A stretch of DNA of 64,000 nt from an uncultured Candidatus Saccharibacteria bacterium (GCA_964531375.1 CAZHDO010000002.1:21469-85468), one strand, 5' to 3'. Shown: positions 39,428 to 49,728, counted from the stretch's first letter. The notes: generated from the sequence alone by a model not told the origin. Numbers and translations: made by a program.

Positions 39428-40720
39428 ATGAACAAAAATAAAATTATATTTATAATAATCGTCTCTCTGGTTGTGGTTTTGGGTATTGGGGGGACTGTTT
39501 GGTATTTAAACAATCAAATACAACCTCAAACCAATACACCGGTCACAAACCCTGTCACCACAACAGATAATGGAACTGGTGCTTTTCCTAGCTCTGACAA
39601 AATAATTCCTGTAAGCACTCCCACCAACCAACAAAACACTATCGATAACACCGCGGGAGCTGATACAGTAGAAAGGGTTCCTGGGGAAATTACAAGAAAA
39701 GCAGATGTTGGTGTTGCTGGTGTTGCTTTTATAGATAATTCTTTTAATGGCGCTGGGCCTCTTTTAAGATACATAGAAAAGGGGACAGGGCACATAAGCG
39801 ACATTTCTTATGACGAAAAAATACCTACAAAAATTTCAAACACGACAATGACTGGCGTTTTTGATACCGTTTGGAACAAAGACGCTTCTTCTTTAATAAT
39901 CAGAAGACTAGATGGCGTAGGAAATAATATTCAAACGATTTACGGTAATTTAGAAAGAGGTTTCGCTTCGACAACAATTGATGGGGAAGTGGGAAGCATT
40001 GTTGGTACAATTCTACCAAGTAGCGTAAAAGAAATAGCAGTTTCGCCGTTAAAAGATAAAATATTTTTCCTAAGTAAAAATGGAAACTCTACTATTGGTT
40101 CAATTTCAGACTTTAACAGAGTTGGGGCAAGCAACAAAAAGAATCAAATATTTTCATCTGCTTTTTCTGACTGGTCTGTGTCTTGGCCCACAACAAATTC
40201 AATATCTTTAGTCACAAAACCTGGATATAACGTAAGTGGTTATTTTTATTCTCTAGGGGTTTCAAACAATAAGCTCGAAAAGGTTATTGGGGATATTTCT
40301 GGTTTAACAACACTAATGAGCCCAAGTGGAGATAAAACAATTTATTCTGAGACAACAGGTGCTGGTTTTATGACATATTACACAAACAAAAGCACAGATT
40401 ATCCAAACATAATGCCAATAACAACACTCCCAGAAAAATGCGTTTGGAGTAAAATAAACGAAAACGTGGTTTATTGTGGCGTGCCTAAAACAACCCCACT
40501 AGCGAAATATCCTGACTCTTGGTATCAAGGAGTAACTTCATTCTCCGACAACATATACGAGATCAATTTAGACACAAATTCAGCCAGAGTAATGATCGAC
40601 GACCAAAAACTTGGAGGCATCGAGATTGACGTCACAAACCCAATCCTAAGCACAAAAGAAGACTATCTAGCCTTCATAAACAAAAAAGACAACACACCAT
40701 TTATGGTTAAGATAAGATAG
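39428..40720 (+). CDS. membrane-anchored beta-rich protein
   Basis: N-terminal TM helix; TLPEKCVWS, YPDSWYQG and FINKKD. Confidence 0.65.
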   Translation: MNKNKIIFIIIVSLVVVLGIGGTVWYLNNQIQPQTNTPVTNPVTTTDNGTGAFPSSDKIIPVSTPTNQQNTIDNTAGADTVERVPGEITRKADVGVAGVAFIDNSFNGAGPLLRYIEKGTGHISDISYDEKIPTKISNTTMTGVFDTVWNKDASSLIIRRLDGVGNNIQTIYGNLERGFASTTIDGEVGSIVGTILPSSVKEIAVSPLKDKIFFLSKNGNSTIGSISDFNRVGASNKKNQIFSSAFSDWSVSWPTTNSISLVTKPGYNVSGYFYSLGVSNNKLEKVIGDISGLTTLMSPSGDKTIYSETTGAGFMTYYTNKSTDYPNIMPITTLPEKCVWSKINENVVYCGVPKTTPLAKYPDSWYQGVTSFSDNIYEINLDTNSARVMIDDQKLGGIEIDVTNPILSTKEDYLAFINKKDNTPFMVKIR

Positions 40721-40726
40721 GAGGGG

Positions 40727-40915
40727 TGGTGTTTAGTATTTAGTATTATGTATATAGTATTTAGTATAAGCACTAACACAAACAATAAACCACTTTTTTA
40801 AGTAGTTGTAAGTTTAGTAGCATACTAAATACAAAATACTAGATACAATATACTTTTTGTTTTATTTATACTAAATACAAAATACAATATACATAATACC
40901 AAATACTAAATACTC
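40727..40915. repeat. heptamer element E between convergent genes
   Basis: Six forward units and 5+7 inverted units; includes the yidC stop. Confidence 0.85.
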
Positions 40916-41622
40916 TTCGCCTTTTGTTTTACGTATAACTCGTGGGCGATACCGAAGAGGTTACTTGTTATCCAGAACACAGAGACGGCTGCATTTAGTT
41001 TTGAGGCGATATAAACAATAAAAACGGGCAAGAAATACTTAACCTGCCAATTCATACTTTGTGCAAAATCATCGGCAAAAGAAGACTCTTTTCCTTGGCT
41101 CTTTGGAAGGTCAGGAACGGAGAGTTTGGTTTGAAAAAACTGTGTAATCCCAACCAAAACCGCTAAATAAAAATTGCTTGTAGCCATTTCTATAAATCCC
41201 AAAAACATAGTGTTTACTGTGGATGGAATTATATTAAATGAGAATATTACAGAAGAGGTAAGGTCTATTTTTTCGCTAAAAATATAATAAAGAGCTATAA
41301 ACATCGGCAATTGAATAAATAAAAGCAAAATAGTAGAAAATGGATTTATTCCATGTTCCTTATATAGATTCATTGTTCTGATGGCCTGCTCTTCTTGATT
41401 ATCCTTAAATTTTTCTTTTATGTTCTTTATATGTGGCTCAATTTCTTTCATTTTCTTCTGAGTCTCAAGTGATTTGTGAGAAAGGGGGAGTATTACGATC
41501 TTTGAAAATATCGTTAAAAGAACAATTGCGATACCAATATCGTTGTTTGGGACAATTGCACTCAAAAATATAATAAGATTATATAGGGGGTAATAAAAGA
41601 TGTTAAAAATAAATGAAAACAT
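40906..41622 (-). CDS. yidC: membrane protein insertase YidC (short form)
   Basis: GIAIVLLT, LYKEHGINP and IQLP motifs; rpmH-rnpA context. Confidence 0.9.
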   Translation of the reverse strand: MFSFIFNIFYYPLYNLIIFLSAIVPNNDIGIAIVLLTIFSKIVILPLSHKSLETQKKMKEIEPHIKNIKEKFKDNQEEQAIRTMNLYKEHGINPFSTILLLFIQLPMFIALYYIFSEKIDLTSSVIFSFNIIPSTVNTMFLGFIEMATSNFYLAVLVGITQFFQTKLSVPDLPKSQGKESSFADDFAQSMNWQVKYFLPVFIVYIASKLNAAVSVFWITSNLFGIAHELYVKQKAKSI

Positions 41623-41627
41623 AAGTT

Positions 41628-41753
41628 ATGTATTTAGTATTAAGTATTTAGTATACAGTATTGGGTATTTAGTATACAAGAAGTATTAAGTATTATGTAT
41701 ATAGTATACAAAATACTTAATACCCAATACCTAATACTTATTACTAAATACCA
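41628..41753. repeat. heptamer element F
   Basis: 7+4 forward units and 6 inverted units overlapping the rnpA 3' end. Confidence 0.85.
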
Positions 41754-42078
41754 GAAGCCTCCTAAGCAAAAGGGTAATCTCATTCTCCAATTCTGCAAAT
41801 GACAACTTAGTAACACCCGGCTTGGCAAAAAAAGACAACGTTAAACCATCCTTAATAAGAGGCAGGTTCTTTTTTATTATATGTCGACACCTTCTTTTAA
41901 AAAGGTTCCTTTCTGTGGCTTTTTTGGCTACTTTACTAGATATAACAAAACCAAAGATACTTTTTCCTTGTCTATTGCTTAGGTATTTAACAGAAAGAAG
42001 GGGGGAAAAGGCCGATTTTCCCTTTTTTAGAAGCTCCTCGAAGTATTCTTTCTTAATTCTTCTTGTTTTATCTAACAT
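41731..42078 (-). CDS. rnpA: ribonuclease P protein
   Basis: FGFVISSKVAKKATERNLFKRR motif. Confidence 0.9.
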   Translation of the reverse strand: MLDKTRRIKKEYFEELLKKGKSAFSPLLSVKYLSNRQGKSIFGFVISSKVAKKATERNLFKRRCRHIIKKNLPLIKDGLTLSFFAKPGVTKLSFAELENEITLLLRRLLVFSNKY

Positions 42079-42197
42079 ATCTTAAGAGTATTATATTTAT
42101 GGCTCATTGCCAAACGTTTTCAGCTAAACACCCTAACTATACTTATTAAATAAAAATTACGAATTTTTGAGTTCGTAATTTTTATTTTTTTATTATT

Positions 42198-42332
42198 TTA
42201 AACTGTTAGCTTTGCTCTTCCTTTTCTTCTTCTCCTTTGAATGGTTTTTTTACCTCCAGGAGTAGCTTGTCGGACTAAAAATCCGTGTGTTTTATTCCTT
42301 TTTCCTTTTTTTGGTTTATATGTCTTTGACAT
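42198..42332 (-). CDS. rpmH: 50S ribosomal protein L34
   Basis: Manual translation MSKTYKPKKGKRNKTHGFLVRQATPGGKKTIQRRRRKGRAKLTV. Confidence 0.93.
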   Translation of the reverse strand: MSKTYKPKKGKRNKTHGFLVRQATPGGKKTIQRRRRKGRAKLTV

Positions 42333-42448
42333 TCCGCTACATTATCACAAGAGGCCTAAAGTGTAAAGTGTCAAAAACACAGTTAGGAAAATCTCATAAA
42401 ATAAAAGCTGGTTTATGTTTTTTCCCTTTACATTTTTATTTTAAATAG

Positions 42449-42457
42449 TTATCCACA
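42449..42457 (+). promoter_or_regulatory. DnaA box upstream of dnaA
   Basis: TTATCCACA. Confidence 0.7.
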
Positions 42458-42650
42458 CCTAAACCACCTATTATATTTGAAACAGTCTAGTTTCTTTTTC
42501 AAAAGCAAAGAATATAATTATCTTATAAAAATTCAAAAAATAATTTACGTACCGAGCCACAGCATAAAAAAATAAAAAGAAACACCTATAAACAAGAAAA
42601 GATAATTTGGTCGAGAAGGATATATTATAAATTTTTATTTGATACGGTAA

Positions 42651-44039
42651 ATGTCTGACAACAAAAAAATCTGGGACAGCGCTTTAGGGGAGATAGAGAT
42701 GGACGTCTCCAGAGCAAATTTTAGCACTTGGTTTAAAAATACATTTATCGCGAGAGAAGAAGATGGCAATATATATCTTTCTGTACCAAACGCTTTCGTA
42801 AAAGATTGGCTTTCAAATAAATATCACAAATTTATACTAAAGGCATTAAGAAATGTTTCCCCAAACACAAGAAATGTTGAATACATTATCCAAAAAGAAG
42901 GAACAGTTGTAAAAGAACCATACAGCAATCTAACAACTGAGCAAAAAACGACAGTAAGTCAGCTTAAACTAAACGAACCTTACGTAAATAGAGAGGATAA
43001 TCTTAATCCAAAATACATTTTTGAAAACTTCATCGTTGGACCTTTCAACGAACTAGCTTTTGCTGCCTCTCAATCGGTCATAAAGAGGCCTGGCGTGGAT
43101 TATAATCCTCTTTATATATACGGAGGAACTGGACTCGGTAAAACTCACCTTATACAAGCAATCGGCAATTCACTAAAGAAGGCTGGCGCTAGGGTTTTCT
43201 ACTTAACATCCGAAAGATACACTGTCGAACTTGTAAGCGCAATGCAAAACAATACGATTAATTCCTTTAAAGAGAAATATAAAAAATACGACACGCTTAT
43301 AATAGACGACGTTCAGTTCTTTGGAGGTAAAGACAAAACTCAAGAAGAAATCTTCCACCTCTTTAATGATTTTTACAACAACAATAAACAAATTGTTTTC
43401 TCATCAGACAAGCCACCGAAGTTCATACCAAATCTTGAAGAAAGACTTAGGTCGCGCTTCGAAGGTGGAATGACTGTGGATATCTCTAGACCAGAATATG
43501 AATCTAAGATCGCTATTCTTCAAACAAAACTAAAAGTTATGAATTATGCTTTGTCTGATGAAGCTCTTCAATTCATAGCATCTAATGTTCAAGAAAGCAT
43601 TCGAGAACTTGAAGGTGTTTTAAACTCTGTAATATGCCAGTCTCAACTTAAGAACAGAGAAATAAATATTCAAGAAATAAAAGCTCTCATAAAAAATAAT
43701 ACCAGACAGCAAAAAACAATTTCCTTTAAAGATATATTAAGAATAATTGCTGACTACTATAATATTGAGGAAAAATTCCTATACGAAAAGACCAGAAGGA
43801 GGGAAGTGGTAAAACCAAGGCAAATTGCTATGTACATCTTAAGAGAAGATCTTAATTCTTCTTATCCATATATAGGACAAAAATTCGGTGGCAGAGACCA
43901 CACCACAGTTATACACGCCTGTGAAAAAATAAAAGCTGATTTAAAGGAAAATGAAGCCTTACTACGAGAGATAGAAGAAATTAAAACCTTATTATTCGGG
44001 TCTGAAAACAAATCCCCAATTCTAGCTGGAAGTTGTTAA
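42651..44039 (+). CDS. dnaA: chromosomal replication initiator
   Basis: YNPLYIYGGTGLGKTHL, DDVQF, RLRSRF and GGRDHTTVIHA motifs. Confidence 0.97.
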   Translation: MSDNKKIWDSALGEIEMDVSRANFSTWFKNTFIAREEDGNIYLSVPNAFVKDWLSNKYHKFILKALRNVSPNTRNVEYIIQKEGTVVKEPYSNLTTEQKTTVSQLKLNEPYVNREDNLNPKYIFENFIVGPFNELAFAASQSVIKRPGVDYNPLYIYGGTGLGKTHLIQAIGNSLKKAGARVFYLTSERYTVELVSAMQNNTINSFKEKYKKYDTLIIDDVQFFGGKDKTQEEIFHLFNDFYNNNKQIVFSSDKPPKFIPNLEERLRSRFEGGMTVDISRPEYESKIAILQTKLKVMNYALSDEALQFIASNVQESIRELEGVLNSVICQSQLKNREINIQEIKALIKNNTRQQKTISFKDILRIIADYYNIEEKFLYEKTRRREVVKPRQIAMYILREDLNSSYPYIGQKFGGRDHTTVIHACEKIKADLKENEALLREIEEIKTLLFGSENKSPILAGSC

Positions 44040-44044
44040 TTAAC

Positions 44045-44270
44045 TGTGGATAAAAACAAGTTTAAGTTGTGGGTAAACCGTGGAGAAAAGAGGTGATAAA
44101 AAAGGGGTACAATTAACCACAGATGGACAGCAAAATTACAGTACGATAATCCACAGAGAAAAAAATAGATTACCTTTAAAATAAAAGATATAATTAAGTT
44201 ATACACTTATCAACAGTCCTAATAGTAATAATAAACTTTTATATATAATTATTTAAATAAATAAAATCCT
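44045..44270. other. replication origin oriC
   Basis: TGTGGATAA at 44045 plus about six degenerate boxes; tandem boxes at 44199-44215, then GTCC, TAN trios at 44220-44234 and an AT-rich tract. Confidence 0.85.
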
Positions 44271-45371
44271 ATGAAAGCAGAATGTTTAAAAAACAAACTT
44301 AAAGAAGCAGTCTTCCAAGTAGGAAAAATATCTGGTAAGAATTTATCATTACCAATTCTTGAAGCAATACTTATTGAAGCTAAAGAAAATGAAATTATTT
44401 TAAAGGCAACAAATCTAGATATCGGTTTGGAAGTTAGAATTTCTGCTAAAGTTGAGAGGGAAGGGGCTGTTGCTGTTCCAGGATATTTGATAGCTGGTTT
44501 TATACAGATGCTAGAGGGAGATACTGTCGTTAAATTAGAATCGGTTAATAATAACCTTTCTGTTTCTAGTAAGAAAAATTCTACATTAATTAAAAGTTAT
44601 CCTGCGGATGAATTTCCTTTGATTCCAAGAGTTGAAAAAGAGGAGTCGTTTTTTATTGAGGCATCTAAGATAATTAACGGTATAAAATCAGTTTCTTTTG
44701 CAGCTCTTGCTTCTGATATAAAGCCTGAGATTTCAAGTGTGTATATGTATTTTGATAATGGTTATTTATATTTTGTTTCAACAGACTCCTCTAGGCTGGC
44801 AGAAAAGAAGTTTGAGATAAACAAAGATGCTAATTTTTCTTCTTCTATAATTCCAATAAAAAATGCTAACGAGCTGGTTAGAATATTAGAAAGTACAGAA
44901 GGGGATGTGGAACTTATTTTTAATAAAAACCAGATGTCTGTAATTTCATCTTCAGTTTATTTTACATCAAGAGTTGTGGGTGGAATTTTTCCTGATTACA
45001 GACAAATAATTCCAAAAGATAAAAAAACAGAAGTCATTGTGCAAAAACAAGAGTTGGCAGATTCTATAAAAATGTCGACTATTTTTTCTGATAAATTTAA
45101 TCAAATAAATTTTAAAATAATTCCAGCAGATGGTTTTTTTGAGATAAGCTCTAGAAATCAAGACAAGGGGGAAAGTGTTACGAGAATAGATTCGACTTTA
45201 AAAGGGGAGGATATTGATATGAGTTTTAATGCTAAATTTATTTTAGATTCCATTGCTTCTGTTCAGGATAATAATATAACCATAGATTTTAATGGACACC
45301 AAAGACCAGTTATAATAAAAGGTGTTGGTGATAATTCATTTACATATCTGTTAATGCCGATGATAAAGTAG
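44271..45371 (+). CDS. dnaN: DNA polymerase III beta clamp
   Basis: LPILE, ATNLD, STDSSRL, FPDY and LLMP motifs. Confidence 0.95.
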   Translation: MKAECLKNKLKEAVFQVGKISGKNLSLPILEAILIEAKENEIILKATNLDIGLEVRISAKVEREGAVAVPGYLIAGFIQMLEGDTVVKLESVNNNLSVSSKKNSTLIKSYPADEFPLIPRVEKEESFFIEASKIINGIKSVSFAALASDIKPEISSVYMYFDNGYLYFVSTDSSRLAEKKFEINKDANFSSSIIPIKNANELVRILESTEGDVELIFNKNQMSVISSSVYFTSRVVGGIFPDYRQIIPKDKKTEVIVQKQELADSIKMSTIFSDKFNQINFKIIPADGFFEISSRNQDKGESVTRIDSTLKGEDIDMSFNAKFILDSIASVQDNNITIDFNGHQRPVIIKGVGDNSFTYLLMPMIK

Positions 45372-45376
45372 TTTAT

Positions 45377-45637
45377 ATGCTTCAAATAGGAACTTTACTA
45401 GAAAGATTTAAAAGGTTTTCTAAACCAGATATTTTAGTACGCGAAAAAACTTGTCAGATAATAGAGGAAGAACTTGGTATTAAATTAGATGACAAAAAAA
45501 TATCTTTTAAAAACGGCACTATTTGTGTGAGTACTTATAATCACGTTCTTAAGAGCGAGATTTTTATAAAAAAAGGAAGGATTTTAAGAAGAATTCAAGA
45601 CTCTATGGCTGATAAGAATATTTTAGATATCAGGTAG
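45377..45637 (+). CDS. putative DciA/DUF721-like protein
   Basis: Position after dnaN and a LKSEIFIKKGRIL...ILDIR pattern; the family call is an inference. Confidence 0.5.
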   Translation: MLQIGTLLERFKRFSKPDILVREKTCQIIEEELGIKLDDKKISFKNGTICVSTYNHVLKSEIFIKKGRILRRIQDSMADKNILDIR

Positions 45638-45646
45638 AGGGGAGGA

Positions 45647-45723
45647 AAGTATTAAGTATTTTGTATATAGTATTTAGTATAAAAATTTCATACAAAATAC
45701 ATTATACTTAATACTAAATACTC
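45647..45723. repeat. heptamer element G
   Basis: Five forward and five inverted units between convergent stops. Confidence 0.88.
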
Positions 45724-48248
45724 TATATGGCTACTTTGAATGGAATAGTCATTTCTTCTGAGTTTCTTATGCTGTCGTAAATAATAACTTTGATTTCATT
45801 ATTGTAATCTATTTGTGGAATCTCTTTTGGTAAGAAATTAAAATTAAAAGGAGGGTTTTTTGAGGAACCAATAAAAGTGTTGTTTATGAAGAAGTCAGCT
45901 TGTACGACAGGGTAGGTGGTTTGTGTTACTTGTAAATTTATATTTACTGTCTCGATTAAGCCGTATGTCCTATTTCTATCTGGTAATAGTATATTTAATT
46001 TTGGTGCAAGACTTGGTCCGTGTACATTATCTAGACCAGTGGGTGCTGTCGTTGTTCCACTGCTTTGTAATCCTTGTATTTCCGCCCATTTTTTAATTGA
46101 GGTTTCCCAGTTGTTAAATTGTGGGTCACTCCAAGGGTCTGTCGGCGCTGGTCCAAGTGGGTCTTTCTTGTCTACCCAATATAAAATTGAATGTACATCG
46201 GTTAAAACCTTCTTTTCTTTAAGTTCTTCTGGTGTGTAAGGTGTTGCTAAATTTCCAGAGGCTTTGTCGATTGTGTATTCAACACCTCCACGCCATTCTC
46301 CACGAAGAACTGGTTTAATATCTTCTGGGATTGGGTCAGGTTTTTTGAAATTTTCAACAGGCAGTGTCTTGAGAACCTTGTCGAAGAAGTTTCTCCATAG
46401 CGGTGCTGTTATCATTCCTGCTACTTTTTTAACCATAGGTGAGTTGTCATTGTTTCCTACCCAAACTCCCATTGCGAAATTTGGTGTGAATCCTATAACC
46501 CAAGCGTCTTTTGTGTCGTTTGTTGTACCTGTCTTTGACGCAACTTGCCTGTCGTCGAACCTGAGAGGGGAGTTTTCTCCATATGCAGGAAGTTTTGCAT
46601 GGTAATCAGAAAGTACATCAGAAATTTCTCGTGCAACATTTGTTTCCAGGACTTTTATTCCATTGTTAGAATATTCTTCAAGAGTTTTTCCTGTCGAATC
46701 TGTAATTTTAAGAATAGGAGTATATGGATTTCTTATACCATCATTCGCAAACACAGAATAAGCGTTCGTCATATCTAGTAAAGTAACCTCTCCGCCTCCT
46801 AATACAAGCGTCAGTCCATATTGGGTGGCATTTGTGAGTCCTGTTATTCCAAGGTCTCTTGCTGTTCTTATAGCGTCGTTTATGCCGACTAGATAAAGAA
46901 GTTTTATGGCGGGTATGTTTATTGACTGAGCTAATGCGTTTCGAAGCGACATTGGCCCCCTAAAACTATCATCATAGTTTTGTGGCATGTAGCAGACGTT
47001 GGGATTATTGTTTGGTGGAATTGGATTTCCGTCTGGGTCACAGTTTGCTTGAAATTCTGTTTCTAAATCAAAAAGAACTGTGTCTGGTGTATATCCTTTT
47101 TTAAAAGCTGTCGCATAAACAAAGGGTTTAAAAGAAGATCCTGGTTGCCTATGTGCAAGAGTAACGTTAAAGTTGCCTTCATTTTTTGTATTGAAGTAGT
47201 CCCTTGAACCAACCATCACTAATATTTGTCCTGTCTTTGGATCTGTTGCTATTAATCCAGCATTTTTAGCCTTAAAATCTTTCTCATTTTTATCGCCGAA
47301 TTCTTTTATTGTTTCTTCAGCTTTTTGTTGAAGGTCGTAGTCAAGGGTTGTTATTATGTTTAAACCTCCAGTTTCAACTTCCTCTCTTCCGTATCTGCTT
47401 TCAAGGTAACTTCTTACAAACTCCACAAAGTGGGGTGCTTTAATACCACTATCATCTTTATTTTTATTAAACACAACGACTTCTTTTTTTGCGCTATCAA
47501 GTTCGTCTTTCGATATAAGCTTCAGTTCATACATTCTATTGAGAACTGTGTTTTTTCTTTCGTCTAGTTTTGTTTTGTTCTGTCCATAAGGGGAGTACAG
47601 GGTTGGTGCTTGTGGAATCGCAGCTATGTAAGCCGCCTCCGCCAAAGTAACATCGCTTGCTTTCTTATTGAAAAATCTCTGTGTCGCTTCTTCAACTCCA
47701 TAGACTGTTCCTCCGTATGGTGACTCGTTTAAATAAATAGAAAGTATCTGTTGTTTACTTAAAACTTTGTCTAGTTTTAAAGCTAATATCCATTCTGTTA
47801 TTTTTCTTGTTACACTTTTTTCTTGAGTTAGAAGCGTGTTTTTTATAACCTGTTGGGTTATTGTAGAGCCACCTTGGACAGCTCCGCCTTTCGTTAAATT
47901 CACCCAAACCGCTCTTATTATTGACTCTATTTTTATACCATTATGAGTGTAGAAATCAGAATCTTCTATCGCGATTGTTGCTTTTTGAATATATGTTGAG
48001 ATGTTTTCAAGAGGAACAACGCGTCTTTTGATGTCTTGGTGAATATCATATAGGAGAATTTTTCCTGTACGGTCGTATATTTTTGTGGATTGGGAAATTT
48101 TCCTCTTATCAAAAGAACCAAAATCAGGGATTTTTAAGTTGGCCATCCAAATAAGGATAATTCCCGCAAAAAAGAAAAAAAATATGGCCAAAACCATAAT
48201 TATCCTTATAGATTCATGTTTTATTGTCTTAAAAATCTTCCTTTTCAC
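45723..48248 (-). CDS. class A penicillin-binding protein
   Basis: EDSDFY, GGSTITQQ and RKITE (transglycosylase); SSFK, SIN and KTGT (transpeptidase). Confidence 0.93.
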   Translation of the reverse strand: MKRKIFKTIKHESIRIIMVLAIFFFFFAGIILIWMANLKIPDFGSFDKRKISQSTKIYDRTGKILLYDIHQDIKRRVVPLENISTYIQKATIAIEDSDFYTHNGIKIESIIRAVWVNLTKGGAVQGGSTITQQVIKNTLLTQEKSVTRKITEWILALKLDKVLSKQQILSIYLNESPYGGTVYGVEEATQRFFNKKASDVTLAEAAYIAAIPQAPTLYSPYGQNKTKLDERKNTVLNRMYELKLISKDELDSAKKEVVVFNKNKDDSGIKAPHFVEFVRSYLESRYGREEVETGGLNIITTLDYDLQQKAEETIKEFGDKNEKDFKAKNAGLIATDPKTGQILVMVGSRDYFNTKNEGNFNVTLAHRQPGSSFKPFVYATAFKKGYTPDTVLFDLETEFQANCDPDGNPIPPNNNPNVCYMPQNYDDSFRGPMSLRNALAQSINIPAIKLLYLVGINDAIRTARDLGITGLTNATQYGLTLVLGGGEVTLLDMTNAYSVFANDGIRNPYTPILKITDSTGKTLEEYSNNGIKVLETNVAREISDVLSDYHAKLPAYGENSPLRFDDRQVASKTGTTNDTKDAWVIGFTPNFAMGVWVGNNDNSPMVKKVAGMITAPLWRNFFDKVLKTLPVENFKKPDPIPEDIKPVLRGEWRGGVEYTIDKASGNLATPYTPEELKEKKVLTDVHSILYWVDKKDPLGPAPTDPWSDPQFNNWETSIKKWAEIQGLQSSGTTTAPTGLDNVHGPSLAPKLNILLPDRNRTYGLIETVNINLQVTQTTYPVVQADFFINNTFIGSSKNPPFNFNFLPKEIPQIDYNNEIKVIIYDSIRNSEEMTIPFKVAI

Positions 48249-48287
48249 TGCTAAAATTATACTATAAAAATAGTAAAAAGTATATGA

Positions 48288-48339
48288 AAGTATTTAGTAT
48301 TGTGTATATAGTATATGGTATACAAAATACAACATACAA
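48288..48339. repeat. heptamer element H in a divergent promoter region
   Basis: Five forward units and 2-3 inverted units. Confidence 0.75.
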
Positions 48340-48432
48340 GAAATATTTGGTGAAAATACAATAACTATGGCTAGTAAATTTAAATTTTGATAGTATCTAT
48401 ATATTATTAAAATTTCACTAAAAACCACCAAG

Positions 48433-49635
48433 ATGAGCGACGATAAAAACAAAGATCAAAAAATAAGCGATTTATTAAGTAGGGGGGTTGAGAATATTTA
48501 CCCATCAGTTGGTTTTTTGAAATCAAAACTAGAAAAAGAAGAAGAAATAAAAATATATCTCGGAATAGATCCAACAGGACCGACACTTCATCTTGGACAT
48601 GCAATTGCGCTAAAGAAATTGGCAGAATTTCAAAAACTTGGTTGCAAGATAATACTTTTAATCGGTGATTTCACAGCGATGATTGGTGACCCGACAGATA
48701 AAAAAGCCACCAGAAAACAACTTACACGAGACGAAGTTTTAAATAACGCAAAACTTTACAAAGAACAAGCGTCAGTTTTTTTGGATTTTAGTGGAGCCAA
48801 TTCTGCAGAGTTAAAATACAACTCAGAATGGTTAGAAAAAATGAATTTTGCTGATGTTTTAGGTCTTGCTTCTAAGATGACGGTGAGTCAGATGCTTGAA
48901 AGAGATATGTTTGAAAACCGAATTAAAGAAAATAAACCAATATTCCTTCATGAATTTTTGTATCCACTTATGCAGGGTTATGACAGTGTGGCTATGGATG
49001 TAGATGGGGAAGTGGGCGGAAATGATCAGACTTTCAATATGCTTGTTGGTAGAAACCTCCAAAAGGAAATAAATAATAAAGAGAAGTTTGTTTTAACGAT
49101 GAAACTTCTTGCCGACAATTCTGGAACAAAGATGGGTAAAACAGAAGGAAATATGGTTGCGTTAAACGATGACGCCCCAATGATGTTTGGAAAAATTATG
49201 AGTTGGGAAGATAGCATGATTTTTTCTGGTTTTGAATTATGTACAAATGTTTCTATGGAAGAAATAGATGGTTTAAGGAAAGAAATGAATGACGGCAAAA
49301 ACCCAAGAGATATTAAAATGAGACTAGGGAGAGAGATTGTATCTATTTATTACGGAAATGATGAGGCCGTAAAAGCAGAAGAAAATTTTATAAAGACATT
49401 TCAGAAAAAAGAAACACCAGACGACTTGGAAGAGATAACTGGTGCTGTTGGAGAAGTCATGTCAGATTTTCTTCTTTCAAAAGGTCAAATAAAATCAAAG
49501 TCAGACTTTAGGAGGTTGGTAGAAGAAGGGGCTGTTTCTATAGACGGCATAAAAATCGACGACTTTCTAATAAAAATAGAAAAACTCCCAGTTGTGGTAA
49601 AACTAGGTAAGAAAAAGTTCATAAAACTTATATAA
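48433..49635 (+). CDS. tyrS: tyrosine--tRNA ligase
   Basis: GIDPTG..LHLGH, YPLMQGYD, GGNDQ, KMGKT and an S4-like tail. Confidence 0.96.
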   Translation: MSDDKNKDQKISDLLSRGVENIYPSVGFLKSKLEKEEEIKIYLGIDPTGPTLHLGHAIALKKLAEFQKLGCKIILLIGDFTAMIGDPTDKKATRKQLTRDEVLNNAKLYKEQASVFLDFSGANSAELKYNSEWLEKMNFADVLGLASKMTVSQMLERDMFENRIKENKPIFLHEFLYPLMQGYDSVAMDVDGEVGGNDQTFNMLVGRNLQKEINNKEKFVLTMKLLADNSGTKMGKTEGNMVALNDDAPMMFGKIMSWEDSMIFSGFELCTNVSMEEIDGLRKEMNDGKNPRDIKMRLGREIVSIYYGNDEAVKAEENFIKTFQKKETPDDLEEITGAVGEVMSDFLLSKGQIKSKSDFRRLVEEGAVSIDGIKIDDFLIKIEKLPVVVKLGKKKFIKLI

Positions 49636-49728
49636 ACAGTTATTTTTGAGTACTGTTGACATAATTTATATTATGTGCTAAATTATTGACTTATTTAGTA
49701 CATTTCTAATTAAAATAGGGAGTTTTTT

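Noticed and set aside
41640-41828. 62-aa minus-strand ORF, and likewise 32882-33409 and the 36971 start
   Set aside because: Their ILNT/YLV-type peptides are translations of the heptamer repeats, and the ORFs overlap real genes or extend them artificially.
33176-48339. Heptamer arrays as CRISPR arrays
   Set aside because: The units are 7 bp and degenerate, there are no unique spacers, and no cas genes are present.
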